The notes beneath the pieces were generated by a model. It was given only the letters and a program-made list of their open reading frames with translations. It was not told the origin of the DNA and made no database searches. From NCBI GenBank assembly GCA_020697515.1, contig JAIXNB010000022.1, positions 1-13,290 of the forward strand: a DNA stretch of 13,290 nucleotides, read 5' to 3'. A program made the translations under genes and the position numbers. Origin of the DNA: Nanobdellota archaeon (lineage in GTDB: Archaea > Nanobdellota > Nanobdellia > Nanobdellales > Nanobdellaceae). This document shows, one piece after another, positions 1 through 7,324 of the stretch (the first letter of the stretch is position 1; each line of letters begins with the position of its first letter).

Positions 1-196
1 TTTAGAAAATAAACAGTAATATTCATCTACCTTGAGAAGTTCTTCCGTTCTGTCCGTACACAGACTTCATCGGGGTGTTCTAAGTGATACCTCTACATTC
101 CGACTTTTTAAATGATACTAAAATTTGGAAACGGTTTTTGAACCAATTTGTTACAAATATTATAATGTGTCACAACTGGAAACGAGTTCTATATTG

Positions 197-204
197 TATA
201 TATT
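197..204 (+). promoter_or_regulatory. TATA-like box (TATATATT) for the oxidoreductase beta-subunit gene
   Basis: AT element centred about 26 nt upstream of ATG 227. The same spacing recurs at other genes in this window, which implies a leaderless or near-leaderless mRNA. Confidence 0.45.
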
Positions 205-226
205 TTATCGGAAACAAAAAATAAAA

Positions 227-1099
227 ATGACCAGTTGGGTTGATCTTAAGAGTAAATATGAGATATCTTGGTGTCCTGGTTGTACAAATTTTGGTATATT
301 AACAGCATTTTTACAAGCCATAGAGGAACTTATAAAGGATGGCAAGATAAATAAGGAAGATGTAGTTGTAACATCTGGGATTGGGTGTGCTGGAAAAATT
401 GGGGATTATGTTAATGTTAGTTCTTTTATAGGCTTGCATGGCAGAGCTCTCCCTTTAGGAATTGGTATAAAACTAGGAAATCCTAAATTAAAAGTGATTG
501 TATTTCAGGGAGATGGAGACACTTATAATGAAGGTCTTGAACATTTTATTTCAGCCTGTAAAGAGAACCCAGATGTTACCTTAATTGTACATAACAACAA
601 AGTTTTTGCGCTAACCACTGGACAACATACTTTTACAACAGAGCCAGGTTACAAATCCAAATCTTTAGGAAGGGAGGTGTTTGAAAAACCTCTTAATCCT
701 ATGGCTCTGGCCTTGGTTTCTGGAGCAACATTTGTAGCAAGAGGGTATTCTTTATGGACAGATCATCTTAAATATATAATAAAGGAAGCTATTTTGCATA
801 GAGGATTTAGCTTTATAGATGTGATACAACCATGTATAACATTCCACAATACTCGAAACTATTATGAAAGTAGGATGTATAAGTTAGAGGATATTGGTTA
901 TAATCCAACAAACTTCAAAGAAGCTCTAGAGAAGGCAATAGAGTGGGATTATACTTTAAGGGAAGACTCCAAAATACCTGTAGGAATATTTTATAGAAGT
1001 GAACGAGTATCACTAGAGGACGGGTTAAACACAAAGGAATGGTACAAAATCAATAAAGATATGAATATAAGGAAGTTGTTATCCGAACTTTTGGTATAA
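227..1099 (+). CDS. 2-oxoacid:ferredoxin oxidoreductase, beta (TPP-binding) subunit
   Basis: N-terminal WCPGC motif, TPP-binding FQGDGDTYNEG motif, and about 290 aa, typical of KorB/PorB/OFOR-beta proteins. The track ORF begins at TTG 125, but the conserved region begins at MTSWVDLK... (ATG 227), which also has a TATA-like box about 26 nt upstream. Confidence 0.85.
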   Translation: MTSWVDLKSKYEISWCPGCTNFGILTAFLQAIEELIKDGKINKEDVVVTSGIGCAGKIGDYVNVSSFIGLHGRALPLGIGIKLGNPKLKVIVFQGDGDTYNEGLEHFISACKENPDVTLIVHNNKVFALTTGQHTFTTEPGYKSKSLGREVFEKPLNPMALALVSGATFVARGYSLWTDHLKYIIKEAILHRGFSFIDVIQPCITFHNTRNYYESRMYKLEDIGYNPTNFKEALEKAIEWDYTLREDSKIPVGIFYRSERVSLEDGLNTKEWYKINKDMNIRKLLSELLV

Positions 1100-1184
1100 C
1101 TACTACACCAATAAACTAATTCTACAACTCAAATTCTTTCAATATCAAAAACGAAAATATTGATTATCAGACTGCTATTTTTAT

Positions 1185-1194
1185 TTTATATAGT
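1185..1194 (+). promoter_or_regulatory. TATA-like box (TTTTATATAG) for the KH-domain gene
   Basis: Centred about 26 nt upstream of ATG 1216. Confidence 0.4.
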
Positions 1195-1215
1195 TTATTT
1201 AAATAAGATAACTTT

Positions 1216-1752
1216 ATGGTATATCAATATGAAATAGAGAGGAAAGAGATATCTCAAGTTACAGTGGATAAACTCCTTAAATGGTTATCAGAACATAATA
1301 TAAAGTTCCTAAAAACAGATCATAAAATCATAATACAACATGACGACTACTTTTTTCTATATAGACTAGATAAAGTAATTAGTGCTATTAAGGCAGGTTT
1401 TAGGTTTGAAGATGCTATAAAAATAATTACAGAAGATTGGGAATACTTGGTTATAGATGTTAAAAAAGCTGCAGAGAAAAAATCAAACCATTTATTAAGG
1501 ATGTTGTCTAGAGTAATAGGAGAGAAGGGGAAAGCAAAAAGTATGTTAGAAGAACTTACAAAGGCCAAAATAGTAATAGATGATAGATTTGTTCATATAT
1601 TAGGAGATAAAATATCCTCTCAGGCAGCATATGAATCTATAAGGAAACTCATAAAGGGATCACCTCATTCCTCCGTTTTTGATTTTGCTGTAAGTTATAA
1701 AAGGCATTTAAAAAACAAAGAAAGGGAAGCTGAATACTATTTAAGCTTATAA
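1216..1752 (+). CDS. KH-domain RNA-binding protein, aDim2/Pno1-like (small-subunit ribosome biogenesis factor)
   Basis: Two KH-like halves. The second carries GXXG (VIGEKGKAK) followed by KIVIDDRFVHILGD...IRKLIKGSPHSSVF, the pattern I recall for eukaryotic Pno1/Dim2 and archaeal aDim2. Confidence 0.75.
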   Translation: MVYQYEIERKEISQVTVDKLLKWLSEHNIKFLKTDHKIIIQHDDYFFLYRLDKVISAIKAGFRFEDAIKIITEDWEYLVIDVKKAAEKKSNHLLRMLSRVIGEKGKAKSMLEELTKAKIVIDDRFVHILGDKISSQAAYESIRKLIKGSPHSSVFDFAVSYKRHLKNKEREAEYYLSL

Positions 1753-1773
1753 ACATAAATTACAATTTTTTGG

Positions 1774-3510
1774 ATGAGTATGAATATTTCAAAAAAGGAG
1801 ACTGAACTCTATAGAAAGTTTAAGCGTGTATCTGTTGCAGAATTTTTTGAAAAAAATAGACATCTTCTAGGATTCGAAAACTCTAAAAAAGATCTTTTAA
1901 TCACCGTAAAAGAGCTTGTAGATAACTCTCTTGATGCATGTGAAGAAGCAGGAATATTACCGGATATTAAAGTAAGAATTGATGAGCTCAAACCATCGAT
2001 ATATAAAGTTCGAGTCGAGGATAATGGTCCAGGTATACCTCCAGATAAAATTCCAGAGATTTATGGAAGTTTTCTATTCGGATCTAAATTCCATAGATAT
2101 GTATCAACTAGAGGGAAACAAGGTATTGGGGCATCAGCAGTAGTTCTCAATGGACAACTTACTACTGGTAAACCTGTTAAGGTTATATCGAAGGTTCCTG
2201 GCGGTAAAGCCTACGAATTTGAGATAAAAATAGATGTAAACAAAAATACGCCAATAGTAATAAAGAAAAAAGAAGTAGACTGGAAAAAAGAGCACGGAAC
2301 TATCGTGGAAGTGACATTAAAGGCTAACTATCAAAAAGGTAGACAATCTGTTGATGAGTATATACGCTTAACAGCCTTGGCAAATCCCCATGCCACTATA
2401 GTATATATAAATCCTAAAGGGGAAAAATTCGTGTATAAAAGAATAACAAATAATGTCCCGAAGCTATATGAGACTAAACCTCATCCCCATGGAATCGAAA
2501 TAGGGGTTTTGGAGAGAATGCTTAAAGAGACAAGTCATATGACACTAAAAGAATTTTTAATTAAGGAGTTTAGTTCAATTGGACATAAAACTGCCCTAGA
2601 AATATTAAAAAAAGCTAAATTAGACCCTAATCGAGATCCTAAGTCTTTATCCTCCAAAGAAATAGAGAAATTATATGAAGCTATGCAGGAAACAGAGGTA
2701 AGAGCAATCTCTGCTAAGTATGTTGTAATCTTAGGTGAGGAATTGATAAGGGATAGCTTAATAAAAATGTTCGATCCAGAATTCGTTGCAGCAAAAACTA
2801 GGAAACCCGCGGTATATAGAGGTATTCCATTTGTAGTAGAGGTAGGCCTAGCATATGGGGGGAATATTAAAAACTTTAGATTGTTAAGATTTGCAAACAG
2901 AGTACCACTATTATACAAAGCTGGAGAATGTGCAATTACAGAGGCTGTTAAATCTATAAACTGGAGAAGATATGGTCTAAATGGTAAAGAGGGTGAATTC
3001 CCATATGAGCCATTGATAATTATGATTCATATAGCCTCTGTTTGGATCCCATTTACATCTGAATCTAAAGAAGCTATAGCACCTTACCCAGAGATTGTTA
3101 AAGAAATTAAACTAGCCTTGAAAGAAACTCTCAGGGAACTATCAATATATGTCAGAAAAAAGCAATCTTTGAAATATATAGAGCAAAAGTATAAGGCTCT
3201 ATATGGATACGGCTTGGAACTGGCAAGATATATGGCAAAGATATTAGACAAGCCAGAAAATGAACTTAGAGTTAAAATTATTTCAAGAATAAAAGAGGAG
3301 CTTCTGAAAGATCTTGTGGAAGTATTAAGAACTGTTAAAGATATTAGGTCATTAGTAGAAGAAAATAAGATAACAGAGGCTAAAAAGGTTCTTAAGAAAA
3401 TGTTGGAAGATATTATTAAAAGTAAAATATTTACCCAAAAAGAAATTAACGAACTTATTGAAAGAGCATTGGAAGAAATAAGTAAAACTAAAAAAATTAA
3501 AGCCAAATAA
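1774..3510 (+). CDS. top6B: DNA topoisomerase VI subunit B
   Basis: GHKL ATPase N-box ELVDNSLDA, G1 box EDNGPGI, and N-terminal SVAEFFEKNRHLLGF typical of Top6B. It sits directly upstream of top6A with a 5-nt spacer. It has a K/E-rich helical C-terminal tail. Confidence 0.95.
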   Translation: MSMNISKKETELYRKFKRVSVAEFFEKNRHLLGFENSKKDLLITVKELVDNSLDACEEAGILPDIKVRIDELKPSIYKVRVEDNGPGIPPDKIPEIYGSFLFGSKFHRYVSTRGKQGIGASAVVLNGQLTTGKPVKVISKVPGGKAYEFEIKIDVNKNTPIVIKKKEVDWKKEHGTIVEVTLKANYQKGRQSVDEYIRLTALANPHATIVYINPKGEKFVYKRITNNVPKLYETKPHPHGIEIGVLERMLKETSHMTLKEFLIKEFSSIGHKTALEILKKAKLDPNRDPKSLSSKEIEKLYEAMQETEVRAISAKYVVILGEELIRDSLIKMFDPEFVAAKTRKPAVYRGIPFVVEVGLAYGGNIKNFRLLRFANRVPLLYKAGECAITEAVKSINWRRYGLNGKEGEFPYEPLIIMIHIASVWIPFTSESKEAIAPYPEIVKEIKLALKETLRELSIYVRKKQSLKYIEQKYKALYGYGLELARYMAKILDKPENELRVKIISRIKEELLKDLVEVLRTVKDIRSLVEENKITEAKKVLKKMLEDIIKSKIFTQKEINELIERALEEISKTKKIKAK

Positions 3511-3515
3511 CAAAA

Positions 3516-4604
3516 ATGAACAAAAAAGCTGTTGTCAAAAAGATAGAAAATCTTGCTAAAAAGATCTATGAAGAATTTGAATTTGGATCGCCATCAATAG
3601 AATTTATAGTAAGAGGCAGCTTAAAGAACATAGAATATGATGTTGGAAAGGATATCATAAGACTTAAAAAGAGTTTGGGAAAAAGAGAGTTCTTTAATTT
3701 AGGCCATGTTAGGAAATTCACTCAAACAATTATGGTTGCAGCTTTAGCTAAGGAACTGTTGGAGAAAGATAAAACAGCCTCTCTCAGAGAAGTCTATTAC
3801 CAGTTAAAACATACAATTCCTGTGGTTAATGAAAACACATTCGAGGAACAAGCAGAATCTGATGCTATAATAGAGGATCTAGAGAGAACTTTAGGGGTAA
3901 TTAGAGAACAAATGCACATAAAAGCCGATAGAAGAGGATCTGTTTATGGGGATATAACAATGAGAGATAGAAAGAGAGGTGACGAGTGGAATTGTGCTAA
4001 ACTGGGTATGGGTGGGTGGAGTATTCCCTCAACAATAGAAGACATAGATATAGTTGATGTTAATACCGATTATGTAATTGTAGTGGAAAAAGATGCGTTA
4101 TTTGAGAGATTGGTAGAGGAGAAATTACCTGAAAAGCTTAGGGCAATATTGATATCTGTAAAAGGTCAAGCTTCTAGAGGGGCAAGAAGATTAATACATA
4201 GACTTAGATATGAGCATAGACTACCAGTATTGGTATTTACAGATGGAGATCCTTGGGGGTTCTATATATACTCTGTAATTAAAAGAGGGTCTATGAAACT
4301 ATCTCACTTTTCAGAATATTTGGCAACACCTGATGTAAAGTTTATCGGTATGACAATGGATGACATAGAAGAGTATAATCTATGGAATGTAACTATGAAG
4401 CTCAAGCAAGTTGATGAAAAGAGAGTAAAGGAATTAATGAGTTATCCTTGGTTTAAGAATAATAAGGCATGGCAGAGACAATTCCGAAAGATGCTCAAAT
4501 GGAAGGTAAAAATAGAGCAGGATGCTCTAGCATCAAAATCTTTAGAATTCGTTGCAGAAAAATACTTGCCCGAAAAAATTGAAAAAGAAAAATTCCTAAC
4601 ATAA
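3516..4604 (+). CDS. top6A: DNA topoisomerase VI subunit A (Spo11 homologue)
   Basis: Catalytic-tyrosine region SLREVYYQL, Toprim acidic motifs VVEKD and FTDGDPWGF, and about 360 aa. Confidence 0.95.
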   Translation: MNKKAVVKKIENLAKKIYEEFEFGSPSIEFIVRGSLKNIEYDVGKDIIRLKKSLGKREFFNLGHVRKFTQTIMVAALAKELLEKDKTASLREVYYQLKHTIPVVNENTFEEQAESDAIIEDLERTLGVIREQMHIKADRRGSVYGDITMRDRKRGDEWNCAKLGMGGWSIPSTIEDIDIVDVNTDYVIVVEKDALFERLVEEKLPEKLRAILISVKGQASRGARRLIHRLRYEHRLPVLVFTDGDPWGFYIYSVIKRGSMKLSHFSEYLATPDVKFIGMTMDDIEEYNLWNVTMKLKQVDEKRVKELMSYPWFKNNKAWQRQFRKMLKWKVKIEQDALASKSLEFVAEKYLPEKIEKEKFLT

Positions 4605-4610
4605 TATTAC

Positions 4611-4615
4611 TTTTT
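4611..4615 (+). terminator. T5 run, candidate archaeal terminator after top6A
   Basis: CTTTTTG lies 7 nt after the top6A stop codon. Archaeal RNAP terminates at oligo-T tracts. Confidence 0.35.
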
Positions 4616-4740
4616 GGGCAAGTCTTCAGATTATGAGTGGTATATATTTGACTGTTGTTTACTTCACAAAGGGATATCAGAAGTTTAATGAAGGAATAAT
4701 AAATTTTTTTATGGGATTTTAATTTAAATATTAATAAAAG

Positions 4741-4824
4741 GGGCCCGTGCCCGAGCGGTCAAAGGGGCCGGGTTCAGGTCCCGGTGGCATAGCGCCGTCG
4801 CGGGTTCAAATCCCGCCGGGCCCA
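4741..4824 (+). tRNA. tRNA-Leu (anticodon CAG), class II with long variable arm
   Basis: Manual fold: acceptor GGGCCCG/CGGGCCC, anticodon stem CCGGG/CCCGG with loop TTCAGGT, 15-nt variable arm, T arm GCGGG-TTCAAAT-CCCGC, and discriminator A. No intron and no encoded CCA. Confidence 0.93.
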
Positions 4825-4959
4825 CATTTATAGATATATTAAGTCCGAGGCTGGAATATATTGGCACAAGTAGGTGCCTAAAATAGGAAATAATTTAAAT
4901 AGTACGATAAGCGCTATAACAGCCCTAATTTATATCTACACAATAAAGAATAATAGTTC

Positions 4960-5016
4960 ATTGTGATGAGGGATCAACGATACTGATCAATGATGTAGGA
5001 TAGCGGTGGCTGAAAT
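4960..5016 (+). ncRNA. C/D box sRNA (2'-O-methylation guide), candidate A
   Basis: C box GTGATGA 4963-4969, 13-nt guide, D' CTGA 4983-4986, 3-nt spacer, C' ATGATGT 4990-4996, 13-nt guide, D CTGA 5010-5013. A 3-bp terminal stem ATT/AAT is present. A TATA-like TTTATATC (4929-4936) lies about 27 nt upstream of the predicted 5' end. The ends are approximate. Confidence 0.8.
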
Positions 5017-5029
5017 CTAACTAAAATTT

Positions 5030-5770
5030 TCAAATAATAAGCTTTCTTATCTTTTTTATTGTATCATACTTCTCTGGTAGTATATTTCTCAATTCTTCTA
5101 CATCCTTCCTATACACTGTCCAAATAATACTATCTATATGTAATGGGGGGATTCCTACTTCTTTAGCTATCACATACCAAAAAGAGAGCGGGTCTTGTTC
5201 CGTGAACTTTGCAGTTATTTTCTTGATCCTAGAATCAACCGGTATAGCAATATCAAACGGGTACGGAATAAATTTTCTCATATATATTCTCATAGCGTAC
5301 CCAAACATTTTAACAGAAAATACTATTGTTTTAGCGTTTTTATCTTGTTTCATCACGCTTGCTAGAAAATCTCTAAACTTTGTCATATCATTATAGAACT
5401 CTGAATAATTCTCCTTAATATTCTTTATGTAAGCTCTTATCTTTTTCAATCTTTTGATTTTGGAACTTATAAACCTTCTATTTCCTTTAGAATTTTTCAA
5501 AAACAATATTATCGAGCGTACATCATCTATAACTCTTCTTTCTGAAAAATATTTTGAGAATTCCCACCAGTAATTTTCACCAGTTGTATTCAATTGATAG
5601 GACACAAGTGCATTTAGAATTACAAGTACTGGAAATCTCTTTTTATCAATTATATTTCTATATAAGTATTTTAACGCGATAAATTGTTCATCAAAGTTCT
5701 CCTCTAATTTTTTTATATCTTCTACTTTTAGATTTTTCAGAAGATAGACAAGATATGTATGGTGTTTCAT
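5030..5770 (-). CDS. N-glycosylase/DNA lyase, archaeal 8-oxoguanine glycosylase (AGOG family)
   Basis: The motifs LNALVSYQLNTTGENYWWEFSKYFS, KTIVFSVKMFGYA, PFDIAIPVDSRIKKIT and EVGIPPLHIDSIIW match the Pyrobaculum AGOG sequence as I recall it (from memory, not a database search). The ATG at 5770-5768 is preferred over the track's TTG at 5773. Confidence 0.8.
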   Translation of the reverse strand: MKHHTYLVYLLKNLKVEDIKKLEENFDEQFIALKYLYRNIIDKKRFPVLVILNALVSYQLNTTGENYWWEFSKYFSERRVIDDVRSIILFLKNSKGNRRFISSKIKRLKKIRAYIKNIKENYSEFYNDMTKFRDFLASVMKQDKNAKTIVFSVKMFGYAMRIYMRKFIPYPFDIAIPVDSRIKKITAKFTEQDPLSFWYVIAKEVGIPPLHIDSIIWTVYRKDVEELRNILPEKYDTIKKIRKLII

Positions 5771-6096
5771 CAAAAATATAAGTATACTCTTATATCTCTT
5801 TTTACCGCCTTTATCTTACTCTTCGGTTTAAAATAAACAATATAGCTTCCATCATCTTGCTGCACATACATTACAACTCCATATTCCTTATTCAACTTAT
5901 TTGGTATCTTTAATGCCATATCTTCGAAATAATCGTATGTTCCGCATGTGAAACATATATGTCTGCTAAACAGAACTTTTATTTCATCTCTAGATATGTC
6001 TATCAATTTACATTTGGACTTAAATGTCTTATTGAATTCTTCGATTGCCTCTTCTACTTTTTGTTTAATAAATAGTAAATATGTATCCCCAGACAT
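5770..6096 (-). CDS. Hypothetical 108-aa protein with HxCxxCG motif, translationally coupled to AGOG
   Basis: Its stop TGA (5772-5770) shares its A with the AGOG ATG (TGATG). Composition is K/E/I-rich like neighbouring genes. Contains SRHICFTCGTYDYFED. No family recognised. ATG 6096 is preferred over the track's TTG 6099. Confidence 0.55.
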   Translation of the reverse strand: MSGDTYLLFIKQKVEEAIEEFNKTFKSKCKLIDISRDEIKVLFSRHICFTCGTYDYFEDMALKIPNKLNKEYGVVMYVQQDDGSYIVYFKPKSKIKAVKRDIRVYLYF

Positions 6097-6151
6097 CAAA
6101 ATATTATAAAGTAGGATATTTTCCAGGTATAAAAATTATAAAAAGTGAAGT

Positions 6152-6832
6152 TTATAGCGGCTTATAGCAGAACCACCAGTCAAAACACTTTATTTCTCCT
6201 CTCTTAGCTCTTTCTTCTCTATCCTTTTTCTCTTCTAGGCTAGACGCTGGAGGAATTATTACATTGTTTCCTACTAAGCTACCAGATTTCCATTCAAATT
6301 GATCTACTGCCCAATTAGCTGGAGTGGCCACACCATGTTTATCTGCTGTTTGTAGAGCCTTTACTAATCTTAATATTTCAGTGATATTTCTACCAGTTTC
6401 CTGTGGGTAGTATAATATTGCCCTAATTACTCCGTTTGGATCTACAATAAATACTGCTCTTACTGTGTTAGTTCCTTTATACGGGGAGATCATTCCTAAT
6501 TTCTTTGCTAATTCTCCCTGATCATCTGCTATAATAGGAAATGGTATCTCTACTCCAATTTTTTCTTTTATCCACTCCATCCATTTAATATGGGAGAATA
6601 CTTGGTCAATAGATAACCCTATTAGCTCTGTATTCAACTCTTTGAATTTCTCATAGTTTTTTGCAAATTCTACAAACTCTGTAGTACATACTGGCGTGAA
6701 ATCTGCAGGGTGGCTAAATAATACAAACCACTTGCCCTTGTAATGGTCTGGCAACTTTATAATTCCATGTGTTGTCTTTACTTCTACCTCTGGGAACTTT
6801 TCTCCTAAAACCGGAATTCTTGCCTCTTCCAT
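6152..6832 (-). CDS. Peroxiredoxin (archaeal Prx6/1-Cys-like thiol peroxidase)
   Basis: Peroxidatic-Cys motif [12 protein letters not shown] and a C-terminal CFDWWFCYK cysteine pair, as in archaeal thioredoxin peroxidases. 226 aa. Confidence 0.95.
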   Translation of the reverse strand: MEEARIPVLGEKFPEVEVKTTHGIIKLPDHYKGKWFVLFSHPADFTPVCTTEFVEFAKNYEKFKELNTELIGLSIDQVFSHIKWMEWIKEKIGVEIPFPIIADDQGELAKKLGMISPYKGTNTVRAVFIVDPNGVIRAILYYPQETGRNITEILRLVKALQTADKHGVATPANWAVDQFEWKSGSLVGNNVIIPPASSLEEKKDREERAKRGEIKCFDWWFCYKPL

Positions 6833-6853
6833 AGATTCTCTAGGTAAGAAACT

Positions 6854-6861
6854 CTTATAAG
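6854..6861. promoter_or_regulatory. Palindromic TATA element CTTATAAG apparently shared by the divergent Prx and Lrp genes
   Basis: Perfect 8-nt palindrome in a 51-nt divergent spacer. It lies 21 nt from the Prx ATG (6832, minus strand) and 22 nt from the Lrp ATG (6884, plus strand), so its centre is about 26 nt from both. Confidence 0.45.
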
Positions 6862-6883
6862 CTTTGTACGAATATTAAAAAGT

Positions 6884-7324
6884 ATGGTACGATCTTCGTA
6901 CATTGATGTAATAGATCTTAAGATACTGCAAATATTATCAGAAAATGCTAGAACACCTTATACTAGGATAGCTAGGATTTTAGGGTTAAGTGAAGCGGCC
7001 ATTAGAAAAAGAGTAAAGAGACTAGAAAGAAAAGGAGTAATAGAAGGGTATACAATAAAGATAAATTATAAACTACTGGGATACAATGTCGCGTGGATAG
7101 GAATAGATACTGTTCCTGAGAGAATGATTTCGGTCTTAGAGAAAGTCAGCAGGATAGATAAAAATATTTTACAAAGTATATACACTTCTGTAGGAGATCA
7201 TGATATAATGTTGGAAATAGTATATAAAGATTATAAAGAAATAAATGAGCTAGTCAAAAATCTTGAAAGAATCGATGGCGTTATAAGAGTATGTCCTGCA
7301 ATTTTAATAGAAAAAATCAAATAA
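6884..7324 (+). CDS. Lrp/AsnC family transcriptional regulator
   Basis: N-terminal HTH (LSENARTPYTRIARILGLSEAAIRKRVKRLERKGVIEGY) plus a C-terminal RAM-type effector domain. 146 aa. Confidence 0.9.
   Translation: MVRSSYIDVIDLKILQILSENARTPYTRIARILGLSEAAIRKRVKRLERKGVIEGYTIKINYKLLGYNVAWIGIDTVPERMISVLEKVSRIDKNILQSIYTSVGDHDIMLEIVYKDYKEINELVKNLERIDGVIRVCPAILIEKIK

Noticed and set aside
20-120. Possible C/D box sRNA in the 5' spacer (minus-strand CGATGAAG / AGATGAAT; plus-strand GTGATAC / ATGATAC)
   Set aside because: The box sequences lack the critical GA of the C box or any properly spaced CUGA D box. The spacings do not fit the roughly 12-nt guide architecture.
125-226. TTG-initiated 34-aa N-terminal extension of the oxidoreductase beta-subunit ORF (METVFEPICYKYY...)
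   Set aside because: The extension lacks similarity to the family, whose conserved sequence starts just before WCPGC. ATG 227 has a TATA-like box at the canonical distance, and that box would lie inside the extended ORF.
2535-3506. Antisense ORFs inside top6B (2535-2918 and 3084-3506, minus strand)
   Set aside because: These are shadow ORFs opposite a confidently identified gene. Their low-complexity S/L/I/F-rich translations are typical of the antisense of K/E/I-rich coding sequence. The same reasoning applies to 1347-1568, 1809-1991, 5202-5396, 8435-8665, 11523-11729, 12459-12803 and 12894-13085.
4723-4730. TTTAAATA as the TATA box of tRNA-Leu
   Set aside because: Its centre is only about 14 nt from the mature 5' end, which is too close for archaeal initiation. 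The T-rich tract around 4704-4712 fits better, but I could not assign it confidently, so no promoter feature is reported.
4970-4982. Idea that the D' guide of sRNA A targets the universal 16S rRNA 5' end (GGUUGAUCCUGCC)
   Set aside because: Only GGAUCAAC pairs with GUUGAUCC (8 bp plus one G-U). The four guide positions next to D' would be mismatched against the canonical 16S 5' sequence, so the N+5 rule cannot be satisfied. The real target needs a search of this organism's rRNA.
5737-5773. Minus-strand TTGATGA ... CTGA at the 108-aa/AGOG gene junction resembling a C/D unit
   Set aside because: The TGATG is explained by the overlapping stop and start codons. There are no C'/D' boxes, and the 22-nt spacing is atypical. 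It lies within the AGOG coding sequence.
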